A stretch of 37,173 nucleotides of DNA from Pseudomonadota bacterium (GCA_027621895.1 JAQCAK010000001.1:1-37173), one strand, 5' to 3'. Counted from the first letter of the stretch, positions 7,440 through 17,314 are shown. Notes: generated from the letters alone by a model not told the origin. A program made the numbers and translations.

Positions 7440-8363
7440 CTAAATCAGAGCGTAGTGCACAATGGCCCCGGCGAAGATGCTCAGACCAACCCAGTGGTTG
7501 TTGAGAAAAGCCCTGAAGCAGGCATCCCGCTGTCGCTCGCGAATCAGCCATTGCTGGTAACCAAACAGTCCGGCTGCACCAGCGAGTCCCAGGTACCAGG
7601 CAATCTCGAGACCGGTCGACCGGGATGCCAGGTACAGGGTTAACAGCGTTGAACCCTGCAAAATCCCGATCATCAGTCGGTCCAGGTCAGCGAACAGGAT
7701 GGCTGTGGATTTCAGGCCAAGTTTAAGGTCATCGTCCCGGTCCACCATGGCGTACTCGGTATCATAGGCCACAACCCAGAGCAGGTTGGCAATCAGGAGC
7801 AGCCAGGCAACGCTGGCGATCTCCCCGGTCACGGCCGTAAATGCCATCAGGATGCCCATGGAAAATGCGAGCCCGAGTATGGCCTGTGGAACATAGGTAT
7901 GGCGCTTCATGAAGGGATAGATGGCAGTGATCGCTGCAGCCGCGGCGGCAAGACCCACGGTAAACAGGTTGGTTGTCAGTACCAGCAGCAGGGCCATGAA
8001 GAGTATGCCCGCCGCCAGAAAAAGCGCTTCGAGCGGGTCAATTTTTCCTGTGACCAGCGGCCGGTCAACGGTCCTTTTGACATGTCCGTCAAAGTGCCTG
8101 TCTGCCAGGTCATTCAGGATACAACCGGCCGAGCGGGTCAGAACCGTTCCCAGCGTAAAGACCAGAAGCAGATGCCAGCCCGGCCAACCCCCGGCGGCAA
8201 TCCACAATCCGGTCAATGTAGGCCATAGCAACAGGAAAATGCCGATAGGTCTGTTCAGGCGGGTCAGCGCCACGTAGATCGCCAGACGGGACCTGAGATG
8301 CGCCATGGTGTCTGCCGGCAACGGACGCCTGTCGGTATTTTTGATCACGGGGCTTCCTGTCAT
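7440..8363 (-). CDS. ubiA: 4-hydroxybenzoate polyprenyltransferase UbiA
   Basis: 307-aa polytopic protein with RPIGIFLLLWPTL and the Asp-rich motif NDLADRHFDGHVKRTVDRPL. The alternative start Met20 (ATG 8304-8306) would match E. coli N-terminal spacing better. Neither start has a good SD. Confidence 0.92.
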   Translation of the reverse strand: MTGSPVIKNTDRRPLPADTMAHLRSRLAIYVALTRLNRPIGIFLLLWPTLTGLWIAAGGWPGWHLLLVFTLGTVLTRSAGCILNDLADRHFDGHVKRTVDRPLVTGKIDPLEALFLAAGILFMALLLVLTTNLFTVGLAAAAAAITAIYPFMKRHTYVPQAILGLAFSMGILMAFTAVTGEIASVAWLLLIANLLWVVAYDTEYAMVDRDDDLKLGLKSTAILFADLDRLMIGILQGSTLLTLYLASRSTGLEIAWYLGLAGAAGLFGYQQWLIRERQRDACFRAFLNNHWVGLSIFAGAIVHYALI

Positions 8364-8471
8364 GGAAATATCAATTCATGTACTATACGTCGCTCGTCAG
8401 ATCAGGCGTTGCGAGAGACCGGATAACGACCGCACGATGCCGGTCAGTTCCCACAATTTTAGAGGATCACG

Positions 8472-8639
8472 ATGAAGAAGTGGCAGTGTATTGTATGCGG
8501 CTTTATTTACGATGAAGCTGAAGGACTGGAAGAAGAAGGCATTGCGCCTGGAACGCGCTGGGAAGACATCCCGGATGACTGGATTTGCCCTGAGTGCGGT
8601 GTCAGCAAAGACGACTTTGAAATGGTTGAGATGGACTGA
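8472..8639 (+). CDS. rubA: Rubredoxin (55 aa, not in the supplied ORF track)
   Basis: Manual translation gives [55 protein letters not shown]. It has both CxxCG / CPxCG iron-binding knuckles and closely resembles Pseudomonas RubA. SD GAGGA lies 5 nt upstream of the ATG. The stop TGA (8637-8639) overlaps the ATG of the next gene. Confidence 0.93.
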   Translation: MKKWQCIVCGFIYDEAEGLEEEGIAPGTRWEDIPDDWICPECGVSKDDFEMVEMD

Positions 8640-9928
8640 TGATTGATCGCTCAGCACTGACCCGAAACATACTGATCGGTATGGGCCTGGGTCTTGTGCT
8701 GGGATCAATTTTCCACGCCATGGGTCTGGCCGAAACGAACCCGTTGCTCGTGTTCGGCGTTAATGGCCTGTTTGACCTCGGCGGCAAGGCATTTGTCGCG
8801 AGCCTCAAGTTACTGGTCGTACCCCTTGTATTTGTGTCGCTGGCCTGTGGTGCCAGCAATCTCTCAGACGGTTCCAGCATAGGCCGTATTGGTGCGAAAA
8901 CGATCGGCCTCTACCTGATGACCACGGCGATCGCGGTGACCCTGGCGCTGACCGTCGCGAACATCGTGGATCCGGGAGCGAACCTGTCCCTCAACACGGA
9001 TACCGAGTTTGAGGCCAGCGAAAGTCCGCCACTCAAAAAGGTACTGCTGGATATCATCCCGACCAATCCCATCGAGGCGATGGCAGAAGGCAACATGCTG
9101 CAGGTCATCGTGTTTGCGATCCTGATCGGCGTCGCCATCGCCAAATCCGGCACCAGCGGTGAGCGGGTCCGGGAAGCCCTTAATGACTGGAACGAGGTCG
9201 TCATGCGGCTCATCATGATGCTCATGGCGATCGCGCCTTTTGGCGTCTTTTGCCTGATGGTGACCCTGTTCAGCAACATGGGCTTTGCGGCCATCGCCGA
9301 CCTGGCCAAGTACTTTTTTACGGTCGCTGGCGTGCTGATTCTGCACTTCCTGTTGACCTATGCCCTGCTGGTTCGCCTGGTCGCCAATCTGAATCCCATC
9401 ACCTTTTACCGGAGTTTCGCACCGGTCATGGCTTATGCGTTCAGCACCAGCTCCAGTAATGCCACCATTCCGATTACCCTGGAAACCGTTGAACATCGTC
9501 TGGGTGTTCGCAATGAGGTTGCGTCATTTACCGTTCCGCTGGGTGCGACCATCAATATGGACGGAACCGCCATCATGCAGGGCGTCGCGACAGTTTTCAT
9601 CGCGCAGGCCTACAACCTGGACATCTCGATGAGCGGCTACCTGATGGTCGTACTGACAGCGACGCTGGCGTCTATTGGCACAGCGGGAGTACCCGGTGTT
9701 GGTTTGATTACACTGGCCCTGGTACTGCAGCAGGTTGGGCTGCCGGTTGAGGGTATCGCCCTGATCATCGGTGTTGATCGCCTGCTGGATATGATGCGTA
9801 CCGCGGTCAACGTCTCGGGAGACGCCGCGATATCGACCATCGTGGCCAAAAGTGAGGGCAAGTTCGATCTGGCTGTTTATGAACAGCGAACGATGCCGGG
9901 GACCAGTGAGGACAAACCGGCCTCCTGA
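8639..9928 (+). CDS. Dicarboxylate/amino acid:cation symporter (DAACS / GltP-SstT-like family)
   Basis: 429-aa polytopic protein with family motifs FSTSSSNATIPITLE and GATINMDGTAI. The substrate cannot be assigned from sequence. Confidence 0.88.
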   Translation: MIDRSALTRNILIGMGLGLVLGSIFHAMGLAETNPLLVFGVNGLFDLGGKAFVASLKLLVVPLVFVSLACGASNLSDGSSIGRIGAKTIGLYLMTTAIAVTLALTVANIVDPGANLSLNTDTEFEASESPPLKKVLLDIIPTNPIEAMAEGNMLQVIVFAILIGVAIAKSGTSGERVREALNDWNEVVMRLIMMLMAIAPFGVFCLMVTLFSNMGFAAIADLAKYFFTVAGVLILHFLLTYALLVRLVANLNPITFYRSFAPVMAYAFSTSSSNATIPITLETVEHRLGVRNEVASFTVPLGATINMDGTAIMQGVATVFIAQAYNLDISMSGYLMVVLTATLASIGTAGVPGVGLITLALVLQQVGLPVEGIALIIGVDRLLDMMRTAVNVSGDAAISTIVAKSEGKFDLAVYEQRTMPGTSEDKPAS

Positions 9929-9950
9929 TTCCCGCCTGTAGACCAGGGCA

Positions 9951-12026
9951 CTAGACGTTGCCAATCTTCTCCGGGTCCCTGATCCAGCGACGAACCAGCA
10001 AATCAGCCTGATCACGCCGGTCTCTCATGATCGCAAGCGCGGTTTCCCGCACTCGCGGTAACAGGTCCTGGTCCCTCAACAGATCAGCGACGCGAAACTG
10101 CATCTCCCCGGACTGCCGGATACCCAGCAGTTCACCAGGCCCGCGTATTTCCAGGTCCTTTTCAGCGATCAGGAACCCGTCGCTGCTCTGTCGCATGACA
10201 TCCAGGCGCTGGCGACTCAGCTGTCCCAGCGGCTTTCGGTACATCAGTACGCAGTGTGAGGCGGCAGAACCCCGACCGACCCGCCCCCTTAACTGATGCA
10301 GTTGCGCCAGCCCCAGCCGTTCGGCGTTCTCGATGATCATCAGGCTGGCATTGGGTACGTCCACGCCCACTTCGATCACGGGGGTCGCGACCAGCAGGCC
10401 AAGCTTCCCTTCCTTGAAATCGTTCATGACCCGGGTTTTTTCCCGGGGCGTCATCCGCCCGTGTACGAGACCGACTTTCACGTCAGGCAGCAGTTCTGTC
10501 AGCTCAGTAGCGGTGACCTCGGCAGCCTGGCACTGCAGTGCCTCGGATTCCTCAATCAGCGTGCAGACCCAATAGGCCTGTTTGCCGGCGGCACAGGATT
10601 CCGCCACCCGCGTAATCACCGCATCGCGCTTTTCATCTGACATGACTGTCGTCGTCACGGGTGTTCTTCCCGGTGGCAGCTCGTCTATGATGGACACATC
10701 CATGTCCGCGTACATGCTCATCGACAGCGTTCTTGGAATCGGCGTTGCGGTCATGACCAGCTGGTGTGGTGCGCCAATGTCGTCGGCGCCCTTCTCCCGA
10801 AGTGCGAGCCGCTGGTGGACCCCAAAGCGATGCTGTTCGTCGATGATAACCAGTCCCAGGCGGTTGAAGGTGACTTCCTTCTGGAACAGCGCGTGGGTAC
10901 CGATGATTACGGCCGCGTCGCCTTTCGAGATTCTCTCCAGTTCCTCTGCCCGCTTTTTGCCGGTCACCCGGCCGGTCAGCCAGCCCGTGTTGATACCCAG
11001 CGGATTCAGCCAGTTGGAAAGATTGAGGAAATGCTGTTCTGCCAGCAGTTCTGTCGGTGCCATCAGGGCGGTCTGCAGGCCGTTCTCCTGTGCATGGACG
11101 GCGGCGAGAGCGGCAACCACGGTTTTCCCGGAACCCACGTCACCCTGAATCAGGCGAAGCATGGGCTGTCCTTTTGCCATGTCGTCAGCGACCTCCCGGG
11201 AAACGCGCTTTTGCGCATGGGTCAGTTCAAAACCAAATGCACGCCCGGCGGTTTCATAGCTGCCCGCGGGTCTCGACAGGGCTGGTGCGGTCAGTTTCTG
11301 AAGTTCCGCCCGGACAATGCGCAGGCTCAGCTGGTGGGCTGTCAGTTCTTCGAATGCCAGTCGTTGCTGGGCAGGATGATTGCCCGCCATGAGCAGATCA
11401 ATGTCGGCGTCCGGTGGCGGGTTGTGCAGGAACCGGATCGCCTGTGCAAGCGTCATGGTCGAATTGCTGACCAGCAGTTCTGCCAGGTTGTCTCCCCGGA
11501 GCAGGGCAATCGCCTGTTCAACCAGCGAGCGAAAGCGGATCTGGCTGATTCCCTCGGTGGCGGGATAGACGGGGGTCAGCGTTTCTTCCATGGCGGCGGC
11601 CGCTTCAACCCTGACGTATTCGGGATGATAGATCTCCAGTCCGGAAGCACCCGCTCGAACATCGCCATAACAGCGTATGGTACCGGCCTGCTTCAGATTC
11701 TGCTGCTGGGCCCTGGAAAAATGATAAAAGCGCAGTCCAATCCGGCCGGTGGTGTCCTGGAGATAGGCCAGCAGTGAACGCCTGCGGCCGTAGGTCACGT
11801 CGCAGGCAATGATCTCGCCTTCGAACACGGCACTTTCACCGGCTCTCGCAGCACCAACGGGCAGCACCCGGGTTCGATCCTCGTAGCGGAAGGGCAGGTG
11901 AAACAGGATGTCCTGGATGTTCCGTATTCCCAGCTTGTGCAGTTTTTCCTCGAGTGCCGGACCCACGCCTTTCAGGCTCGAGACCCTGATGGATGAGAGG
12001 TCCCTGGTGTCGAGGTCAGACCTCAA
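9951..12026 (-). CDS. recG: ATP-dependent DNA helicase RecG
   Basis: 691 aa, colinear with E. coli RecG: wedge domain, GDVGSGKT, IIDEQHRFGV, TATPIPRT, LHQLRGRVGRG. The start codon is TTG (12024-12026). There is no in-frame ATG upstream of the conserved SSLKGVG motif. Confidence 0.96.
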   Translation of the reverse strand: MRSDLDTRDLSSIRVSSLKGVGPALEEKLHKLGIRNIQDILFHLPFRYEDRTRVLPVGAARAGESAVFEGEIIACDVTYGRRRSLLAYLQDTTGRIGLRFYHFSRAQQQNLKQAGTIRCYGDVRAGASGLEIYHPEYVRVEAAAAMEETLTPVYPATEGISQIRFRSLVEQAIALLRGDNLAELLVSNSTMTLAQAIRFLHNPPPDADIDLLMAGNHPAQQRLAFEELTAHQLSLRIVRAELQKLTAPALSRPAGSYETAGRAFGFELTHAQKRVSREVADDMAKGQPMLRLIQGDVGSGKTVVAALAAVHAQENGLQTALMAPTELLAEQHFLNLSNWLNPLGINTGWLTGRVTGKKRAEELERISKGDAAVIIGTHALFQKEVTFNRLGLVIIDEQHRFGVHQRLALREKGADDIGAPHQLVMTATPIPRTLSMSMYADMDVSIIDELPPGRTPVTTTVMSDEKRDAVITRVAESCAAGKQAYWVCTLIEESEALQCQAAEVTATELTELLPDVKVGLVHGRMTPREKTRVMNDFKEGKLGLLVATPVIEVGVDVPNASLMIIENAERLGLAQLHQLRGRVGRGSAASHCVLMYRKPLGQLSRQRLDVMRQSSDGFLIAEKDLEIRGPGELLGIRQSGEMQFRVADLLRDQDLLPRVRETALAIMRDRRDQADLLVRRWIRDPEKIGNV

Positions 12027-12031
12027 CGGGT

Positions 12032-12430
12032 TCAGGCCCCTGATACGTCAACGATCGCATCTATTTCCACCAGCGCGCCTCGCGGCAGCGCAGAGACCTC
12101 CAGAGCAACCCTGGCGGGATAGGGTTCAGCCAGCAGCTGAGTCATGGTCTCGTTGACACGGGAAAAGTGTGCAAGGTCAGTCAGGTAGACGGTAAATTTG
12201 ATGACGTTTGAAAACCCGGCGCCGGCCTCGCTGATGATGGCTTCAAGGTTCCTGAAAACCTGGCGGATCTGATCGTCGATATCCGTGCTGACCAGCTCCA
12301 TGGTATCGGGAACCAGGGGTATCTGGCCGCTGACGTAAAGGACCCCACCGACGCTGACCGCCTGTGAGTAGGTGCCGATGGCCGCAGGTGCCCCGGTTGT
12401 CGTGATGGTCTTTCTAGTGTTGTTTTTCAT
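12032..12430 (-). CDS. ridA: RidA family reactive enamine/imine deaminase (YjgF/TdcF)
   Basis: 132 aa with APAAIGTYSQAV, VSGQIPL and ARVALEVSALPRGALVEIDA. Sits in the conserved position between spoT and recG. Confidence 0.92.
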   Translation of the reverse strand: MKNNTRKTITTTGAPAAIGTYSQAVSVGGVLYVSGQIPLVPDTMELVSTDIDDQIRQVFRNLEAIISEAGAGFSNVIKFTVYLTDLAHFSRVNETMTQLLAEPYPARVALEVSALPRGALVEIDAIVDVSGA

Positions 12431-12445
12431 GAATGTCTGCTTCGG

Positions 12446-14551
12446 CTATTTCGCTCGGGTGATTCGATTGATGCCCTTGATGGCTCGAAGGCGCTTGATG
12501 AGGCTGGCCAGGTGCACGCGATCCTTTACTGAAATGATCATGGTGATGATGGCAAGTTTTGCGTCCTTCTCGATCATGTTGATTCGCTGGATACTGGCAT
12601 CGTTATTGGTGACGGTCGATGCTATGACCGCGATCATGCCGCGTTCATGCTCGAGTTCAAGTCGCAGATCCACGGAGAACTCCTGGTCCACCAGAGGATC
12701 CCATCGGACCGCCATCAGCTCTTCAGGTTTCTCCTGCAGGTCCACCATGTTCTTGCAGGTATCCCGGTGAATGACGATGCCGCGACCCGCGGAAACGTGT
12801 CCGATAATGTGATCGCCCGGAATGGGTTTGCAGCATTTGGCGTAGCTGACAACGAGCCCCTCTGTGCCCTTGATGGCCAGGGGGCCGTGAGAAGCCTGAT
12901 CGACATCGTCGCTGTCACCCAGCAGTCGTTTGACGATGACGCCGGCCATCTGGTTGCCGATGCCGATCTCGGCTAGCAGGTCATCCAGGCTGTCGATTTT
13001 TCTCTCTTCCAGAAGCGTAGCCAGTGCAGCCGGGTCAATATCCTGTATCACCATGTGATGAGGTTCCAGGGCGCGCTTCAGCAGACGTTCGCCCAACAGG
13101 GTGGACTCATTTCTCTGCTGGTTTTTCAGTGCATGTCGAATGCTGCTGCGAGCCTTGCCGGTAATCACGAAGTCAAGCCAGGCCGGGTTGGGCTGTGCCC
13201 CCGGGGCCCGGATGATTTCAACCGTCTGACCGGATTCAAGGGTAGCGCTCAGCGGAGCGAGTCGTCGATCGATCCGACAGGCCACGCAGCTGTTGCCGAT
13301 ATCGGTGTGGACCGCATAGGCAAAGTCCACAGGTGTGGCACCGTGCGGCAGGTCAAAAATCTCGCCGATGGGCGAGAAGACGTAAACCTCATCGGGAAAC
13401 AGGTCGATTTTGACGTGTTCGATAAATTCCAGCGAGTTCCCGGTACTTTGCTGTATCTCAAGGAGTCCCTTCATCCATTCGCGGGCTCGCTGGTGGGAAC
13501 CCGACGATTCGTCTGCGGTTTTGTACAGCCAGTGACCGGCGATGCCATTGTTGGCCAGCAGCTCCATCTCATGGGTTCGAATCTGGATCTCGATGGGTAT
13601 CCCGTGCTTGCCGAACAGCGTGGTATGCAGTGACTGGTAACCGTTGGCCTTGGGAATGGCGATATAGTCTTTGAAGCGGCCCACCACTGGCTTATACAGG
13701 TTGTGCACAACGCCGAGAACCCGGTAACACTGGTCGACCGAGTCCACCAGGATGCGAAAAGCGTAGACATCCATGATTTCGTTGAACGACCTGCGTTTGG
13801 TTCGCATCTTGTCGTAGATGCTCCACAGGTGTTTTTCACGGCCGAAGACCTTTGCCTTGATGTTTTCACTTTCCAGGCATTCGCTGATGGACAGTTTGAT
13901 GCTGTTGACCACTTCCTTGCGATTGCCCCGGGCGCGCTTCACCGCTTTCTGAATCATCGACGATCGCAATGGATAAAGTGCCTTGAAGCCCAGTTCCTCC
14001 AGTTCAACACGGATATTGTTCATGCCGAGCCTGAGGGCGATGGGCGCGTATATCTCGAGAGTCTCCTTGGCGATTCGGCGGCGCCGTTCCGGATCCAGGT
14101 GACCCAGTGTGCGCATGTTGTGCAGGCGGTCTGCGAGCTTGACCAGGATGACACGGATGTCCCTTGCCATTGCCAGGGTCATTTTCTGGAAATTTTCAGC
14201 CTGGGCCTCGGCCCTGGATTGAAAGATGTTCTTCAGCTTGCTGACACCATCCACCAGATTGGCGACGTCTTCATCGAACTCCTGGCTGATCGTGTGCTTG
14301 GGTACCCCGGTGTCCTCGATCACGTCGTGCAGCAGGGCCGCCATGAGGCACTGGTGGTCCATGTGCATCTCAGACAGGATGCCTGCGACGGCCAGAGGAT
14401 GGGTTATGTAGGGTTCGCCGGATTTCCGTTTCTGCCCTTCATGGGCGTCCTCGGCGAAATGGTAGGCCTTGACCACCAGATCAACCTGGTCGGGTTCAAG
14501 GTAGCTGCCCAGGTCCTGGGCAAATGATTCGATGGTTACCACAGGGCACAC
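12446..14551 (-). CDS. spoT: Bifunctional (p)ppGpp synthetase/hydrolase SpoT
   Basis: 701 aa. Contains the HD hydrolase motifs (HPLAVA, HDVIEDT), synthetase motif RFKDYIAIPKANGYQSLHT, and TGS and ACT-like C-terminal regions. The start is GTG at 14549-14551; GTG at 14540-14542 is an alternative. Confidence 0.95.
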   Translation of the reverse strand: MCPVVTIESFAQDLGSYLEPDQVDLVVKAYHFAEDAHEGQKRKSGEPYITHPLAVAGILSEMHMDHQCLMAALLHDVIEDTGVPKHTISQEFDEDVANLVDGVSKLKNIFQSRAEAQAENFQKMTLAMARDIRVILVKLADRLHNMRTLGHLDPERRRRIAKETLEIYAPIALRLGMNNIRVELEELGFKALYPLRSSMIQKAVKRARGNRKEVVNSIKLSISECLESENIKAKVFGREKHLWSIYDKMRTKRRSFNEIMDVYAFRILVDSVDQCYRVLGVVHNLYKPVVGRFKDYIAIPKANGYQSLHTTLFGKHGIPIEIQIRTHEMELLANNGIAGHWLYKTADESSGSHQRAREWMKGLLEIQQSTGNSLEFIEHVKIDLFPDEVYVFSPIGEIFDLPHGATPVDFAYAVHTDIGNSCVACRIDRRLAPLSATLESGQTVEIIRAPGAQPNPAWLDFVITGKARSSIRHALKNQQRNESTLLGERLLKRALEPHHMVIQDIDPAALATLLEERKIDSLDDLLAEIGIGNQMAGVIVKRLLGDSDDVDQASHGPLAIKGTEGLVVSYAKCCKPIPGDHIIGHVSAGRGIVIHRDTCKNMVDLQEKPEELMAVRWDPLVDQEFSVDLRLELEHERGMIAVIASTVTNNDASIQRINMIEKDAKLAIITMIISVKDRVHLASLIKRLRAIKGINRITRAK

Positions 14552-14599
14552 CCCGGATGCGAGAAGCGCCAGGGTTGCCCGTTGTTGCGTTCGCCTGGT

Positions 14600-14887
14600 C
14601 TACAGGTTGTTGTTGAACTCTTGTTCGTGCTGTTCAAAGCCGTCCTGTACTGCACTCAAAGCGAGTGCCTCTGTTTCTTCCTGGGTGGGTTCATTCAGGA
14701 TCGATGCGTTCACCAGACCGGCCGCGATCTCGCGCAGCGCCAGTACGGTGGGTTTGTCGTTTTCCAGCGGAACCAGTGGGTCTTTTCCGCCGGTGGCAAT
14801 CTGTCGAGCACGCTTGCTGGACACCATGACCAGTTCAAAGCGGTTAGCCACATTTTCCAGACAATCTTCTACTGTCACTCGTGCCAT
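14600..14887 (-). CDS. rpoZ: RNA polymerase omega subunit RpoZ
   Basis: 95 aa starting [29 protein letters not shown]. Sits in the canonical position between gmk and spoT. Confidence 0.96.
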   Translation of the reverse strand: MARVTVEDCLENVANRFELVMVSSKRARQIATGGKDPLVPLENDKPTVLALREIAAGLVNASILNEPTQEETEALALSAVQDGFEQHEQEFNNNL

Positions 14888-14987
14888 CAGGTCACTCCCG
14901 TGTTTCTGTGTGGATGCCGCGGTCGGGCGCGGAATTGGATCAGCCGGGGATCAGTTAACTGCTGGTGTAGAGCCCGGCGGGCCGCGC

Positions 14988-15017
14988 ATTGTATGCCACA
15001 ACACCACGAATAGACAA
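14988..15017 (-). promoter_or_regulatory. Candidate sigma70 promoter for rpoZ-spoT (TTGTCT-N18-TACAAT on the minus strand)
   Basis: Minus-strand -35 lies at 15012-15017 and -10 at 14988-14993, inside the 132-nt gmk-rpoZ spacer. This is a motif match only. Confidence 0.3.
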
Positions 15018-15019
15018 TA

Positions 15020-15694
15020 TTATGTCAGGTTTCCCGACAACAAGTCTTCTACCAGATCCTGTAAATCGGGTAGACGGCTGTCCCTCCGGTAGGGTTGACC
15101 ACGTCCCTCGACGATTTCGGTCAGTTCGTCCAGGGCAGTTTCAAAGTCGTCGTTCACCACCAGGTAGTCAAACTCTCGAAAATGGGAAATCTCCTCGATA
15201 GCCGCGGCGGTTCGCTTCCTGACTGTTTCGGCATCATCCTGCGCACGAGCTTCAAGCCGTTCACGAAGCGTTTTCAGCGAGGGAGGAAGGATAAACACGG
15301 AAGCGGCCGAAGGCATTTTCTGACGAACCTGCTGGGCACCCTGCCAGTCAATCTCCAGAATCAGGTGCTGGCCCTGAGCCAGCACCTGGTTGGCGGCATC
15401 GATGCTGGTTCCATAGAGATGACCAAAAACACTGGCCCACTCCAGAAATGCACCCGCATCAATCATCTCCCTGAACCGGGCCTCATCGATAAAGTGGTAG
15501 TTGATCCCGTTAAACTCTCCCGGGCGGTGACGTCGCGTGGTGTGGGAAACAGCGACCCCGGTCGCCGGCTGCCTTTCGAGCAGCGCGCGCACCAGGCTGG
15601 TCTTGCCCGCCCCGGAAGGCGCCGAGATGATGAACATCTGGCCGCTGCTGACGTTATCGAGGGCTTTGTTAGGGACGTTGTTGGGATTGCTCAT
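15020..15694 (-). CDS. gmk: Guanylate kinase
   Basis: 224 aa with P-loop SAPSGAGKTSL and TTRRHRPGEFNGINYHF. ATG 15694 overlaps the yicC stop (ATGA). Met20 is a shorter alternative start. Confidence 0.95.
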   Translation of the reverse strand: MSNPNNVPNKALDNVSSGQMFIISAPSGAGKTSLVRALLERQPATGVAVSHTTRRHRPGEFNGINYHFIDEARFREMIDAGAFLEWASVFGHLYGTSIDAANQVLAQGQHLILEIDWQGAQQVRQKMPSAASVFILPPSLKTLRERLEARAQDDAETVRKRTAAAIEEISHFREFDYLVVNDDFETALDELTEIVEGRGQPYRRDSRLPDLQDLVEDLLSGNLT

Positions 15695-16539
15695 TCGATG
15701 TTCTGGATCTGTTCCCGCATCTGCTCAATGGTGACCTTCAGATCGACAGCGTGATGGGTTGTGTTGCTGGTGGATGCCTTGGAAGACAGGGTGTTAGCCT
15801 CCCGGTTGAGCTCCTGCATCAGGAAATCCAGGCGGCGACCCACGGGCTCTTTTTCCGCCAGTGCGTGGCGCACCTCTGCCACATGGGTAACCAGCCGATC
15901 CAGCTCTTCCATCACATCGAGTTTCTGAGCGGTAATCACCAGTTCCTGCTCCAGGCGCGCGGGATCAACGCTGACATCCAGATCGTTGATTCGTTTAAGA
16001 AGTTTCTCCTGCTGTTGTCTGGCCATCTGCGGTGCCTCCGCTTTCAATGCGGTGACCGTCTTCTCGACGTCCTTCAGCCGACCTTCTATCAGTGCTTCAA
16101 GCTCACGACCCTCTCGTTCCCGCATCTCCACGAGCATGTCCACCGCGGTCTGGAAACCGGTACGCACGTCGGCAGCGATCTCCTCGGTGTTTTCACGGGT
16201 TGTCAGGACGTCCGGCCAGCGCATCAGTGACAGCAGGTCGCCACGGGAATCCATACCTGTCAGGGTCTGCATACGGCCCAGCAGCTGGTTCAACTCCTGC
16301 ACCAGAGGCTCATTGATCGTCAGCGCGATCGGCAGGGCTGTCGCGTTCAGTTTCAGTGAACACTCGAGCTTGCCCCGGCCGACCAGGTCCTTGAACATGC
16401 CCTTTAGCTCTGTTTCAAGAAACCGGTAGCTGTCTGGCATTCGAAAGCTGATATCCAGGTAGCGGTGATTGACAGAACGGAGTTCCCAGACTGCTGCACC
16501 ATGTTCAGCCCGTGCGAATGCGGTCATACTTCGGGTCAT
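15691..16539 (-). CDS. yicC: YicC family stress-induced protein (endoribonuclease YicC)
   Basis: The track ORF (to 16632) is over-extended and would overlap rph. ATG 16537-16539 gives MTRSMTAFARAE, matching the E. coli YicC N-terminus MIRSMTAYARRE. The C-terminus GRRLDFLMQELNREANTLSSK...IEQMREQIQNIE is highly conserved. Confidence 0.93.
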   Translation of the reverse strand: MTRSMTAFARAEHGAAVWELRSVNHRYLDISFRMPDSYRFLETELKGMFKDLVGRGKLECSLKLNATALPIALTINEPLVQELNQLLGRMQTLTGMDSRGDLLSLMRWPDVLTTRENTEEIAADVRTGFQTAVDMLVEMREREGRELEALIEGRLKDVEKTVTALKAEAPQMARQQQEKLLKRINDLDVSVDPARLEQELVITAQKLDVMEELDRLVTHVAEVRHALAEKEPVGRRLDFLMQELNREANTLSSKASTSNTTHHAVDLKVTIEQMREQIQNIE

Positions 16540-16547
16540 TAACCATC

Positions 16548-16577
16548 TCGGCATAATAAGTAGCGTCAAAGTATAAT
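16548..16577 (+). promoter_or_regulatory. Candidate rph-pyrE promoter (consensus -10 TATAAT at 16572-16577, weak -35 TCGGCA)
   Basis: A perfect TATAAT lies 25 nt upstream of the rph ATG. The -35 is poor (18-nt spacer). This is a motif match only. Confidence 0.3.
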
Positions 16578-16601
16578 GGAGTTTTGAACCCCGGAGCAGT
16601 A

Positions 16602-17312
16602 ATGAGTAAATCACGTCTCGTAGATCGTGCACCCGACCAGTTGCGCAAGGTCACTATCGATAGAAATTTCAACAAGCATGCGGAGGGTTCTGTTCTCATC
16701 GGCTTTGGAGACACGCGGGTTATCTGTACCGCTTCCGTTGAAAAAGGAGTGCCACCGTTTCTGCGCGGTTCCGGCAAGGGCTGGATCACCTCTGAATACG
16801 GGATGCTGCCGCGATCCACTAACACACGGATGGCCCGGGAAGCAGCGAGAGGCAAGCAGGGAGGACGTACCGTCGAAATTCAGCGTCTGATCGGTCGTTC
16901 CCTGCGCGCCTGCGTTGATATGAACACCATGGGTGAGTTCACCATCAAAATCGACTGCGATGTGATTCAGGCTGATGGCGGCACCAGGACCGCCTCGATT
17001 ACCGGTGCCTGCGTTGCCATGATGGATGCTATTGCTACCCTGGATTGCGCACCTCGAACCCAGCTGGTTTCGGCGGTTTCGGTGGGGATCGTGCAGGGTC
17101 TCCCGGTGCTGGACCTTGAATATATTGAAGACTCCCGGGCTGATACAGACATGAATGTGGTGATGACTGAAGACGGCCGCTTTATCGAGATTCAGGGAAC
17201 GGCCGAGGACGAACCCTTCGATCGCGCTGAACTCGACCAGATGCTGCGTCTCGCTGAAAAGGGCGCAGCTGAGCTTCATGAGCTGCAACGACGGGCACTG
17301 GCGGGCGAGTAG
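16602..17312 (+). CDS. rph: Ribonuclease PH
   Basis: ATG 16602 follows GGAG; the track start at 16584 is over-extended. The protein is nearly colinear with E. coli Rph ([71 protein letters not shown]). Confidence 0.96.
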   Translation: MSKSRLVDRAPDQLRKVTIDRNFNKHAEGSVLIGFGDTRVICTASVEKGVPPFLRGSGKGWITSEYGMLPRSTNTRMAREAARGKQGGRTVEIQRLIGRSLRACVDMNTMGEFTIKIDCDVIQADGGTRTASITGACVAMMDAIATLDCAPRTQLVSAVSVGIVQGLPVLDLEYIEDSRADTDMNVVMTEDGRFIEIQGTAEDEPFDRAELDQMLRLAEKGAAELHELQRRALAGE

Positions 17313-17314
17313 CA

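Noticed and set aside
8397-8708. 103-aa minus-strand ORF from the track.
   Set aside because: It is antisense to the clearly genuine rubredoxin gene and to the start of the symporter. The rubredoxin frame explains the region.
10764-11777. 337-aa plus-strand ORF inside recG. The same applies to 13703-14527 (+) inside spoT, 2330-3214 (-) inside dctP, 16611-17342 (-) inside rph, 8864-9496 (-) inside the symporter and 29964-30563 (-) inside ftsX.
   Set aside because: All are shadow ORFs antisense to well-supported genes. They have no start-site signals and no family-like motifs.
11871-11880. tRNA T-loop-like GGTTCGATCC. A second GGTTCGAATC lies at 13574-13583.
   Set aside because: Both lie inside recG and spoT coding sequence. 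The flanks cannot form acceptor or anticodon stems, so they are not tRNA genes.
15001-15031. dif-like sequence (ACAATA-TTATGTCAGGT) at the gmk 3' end.
   Set aside because: Only the XerD-arm half resembles the E. coli dif consensus (about 8 of 11 positions). The XerC arm matches about 5 of 11, and the site overlaps a coding-region end. The resemblance is probably chance.
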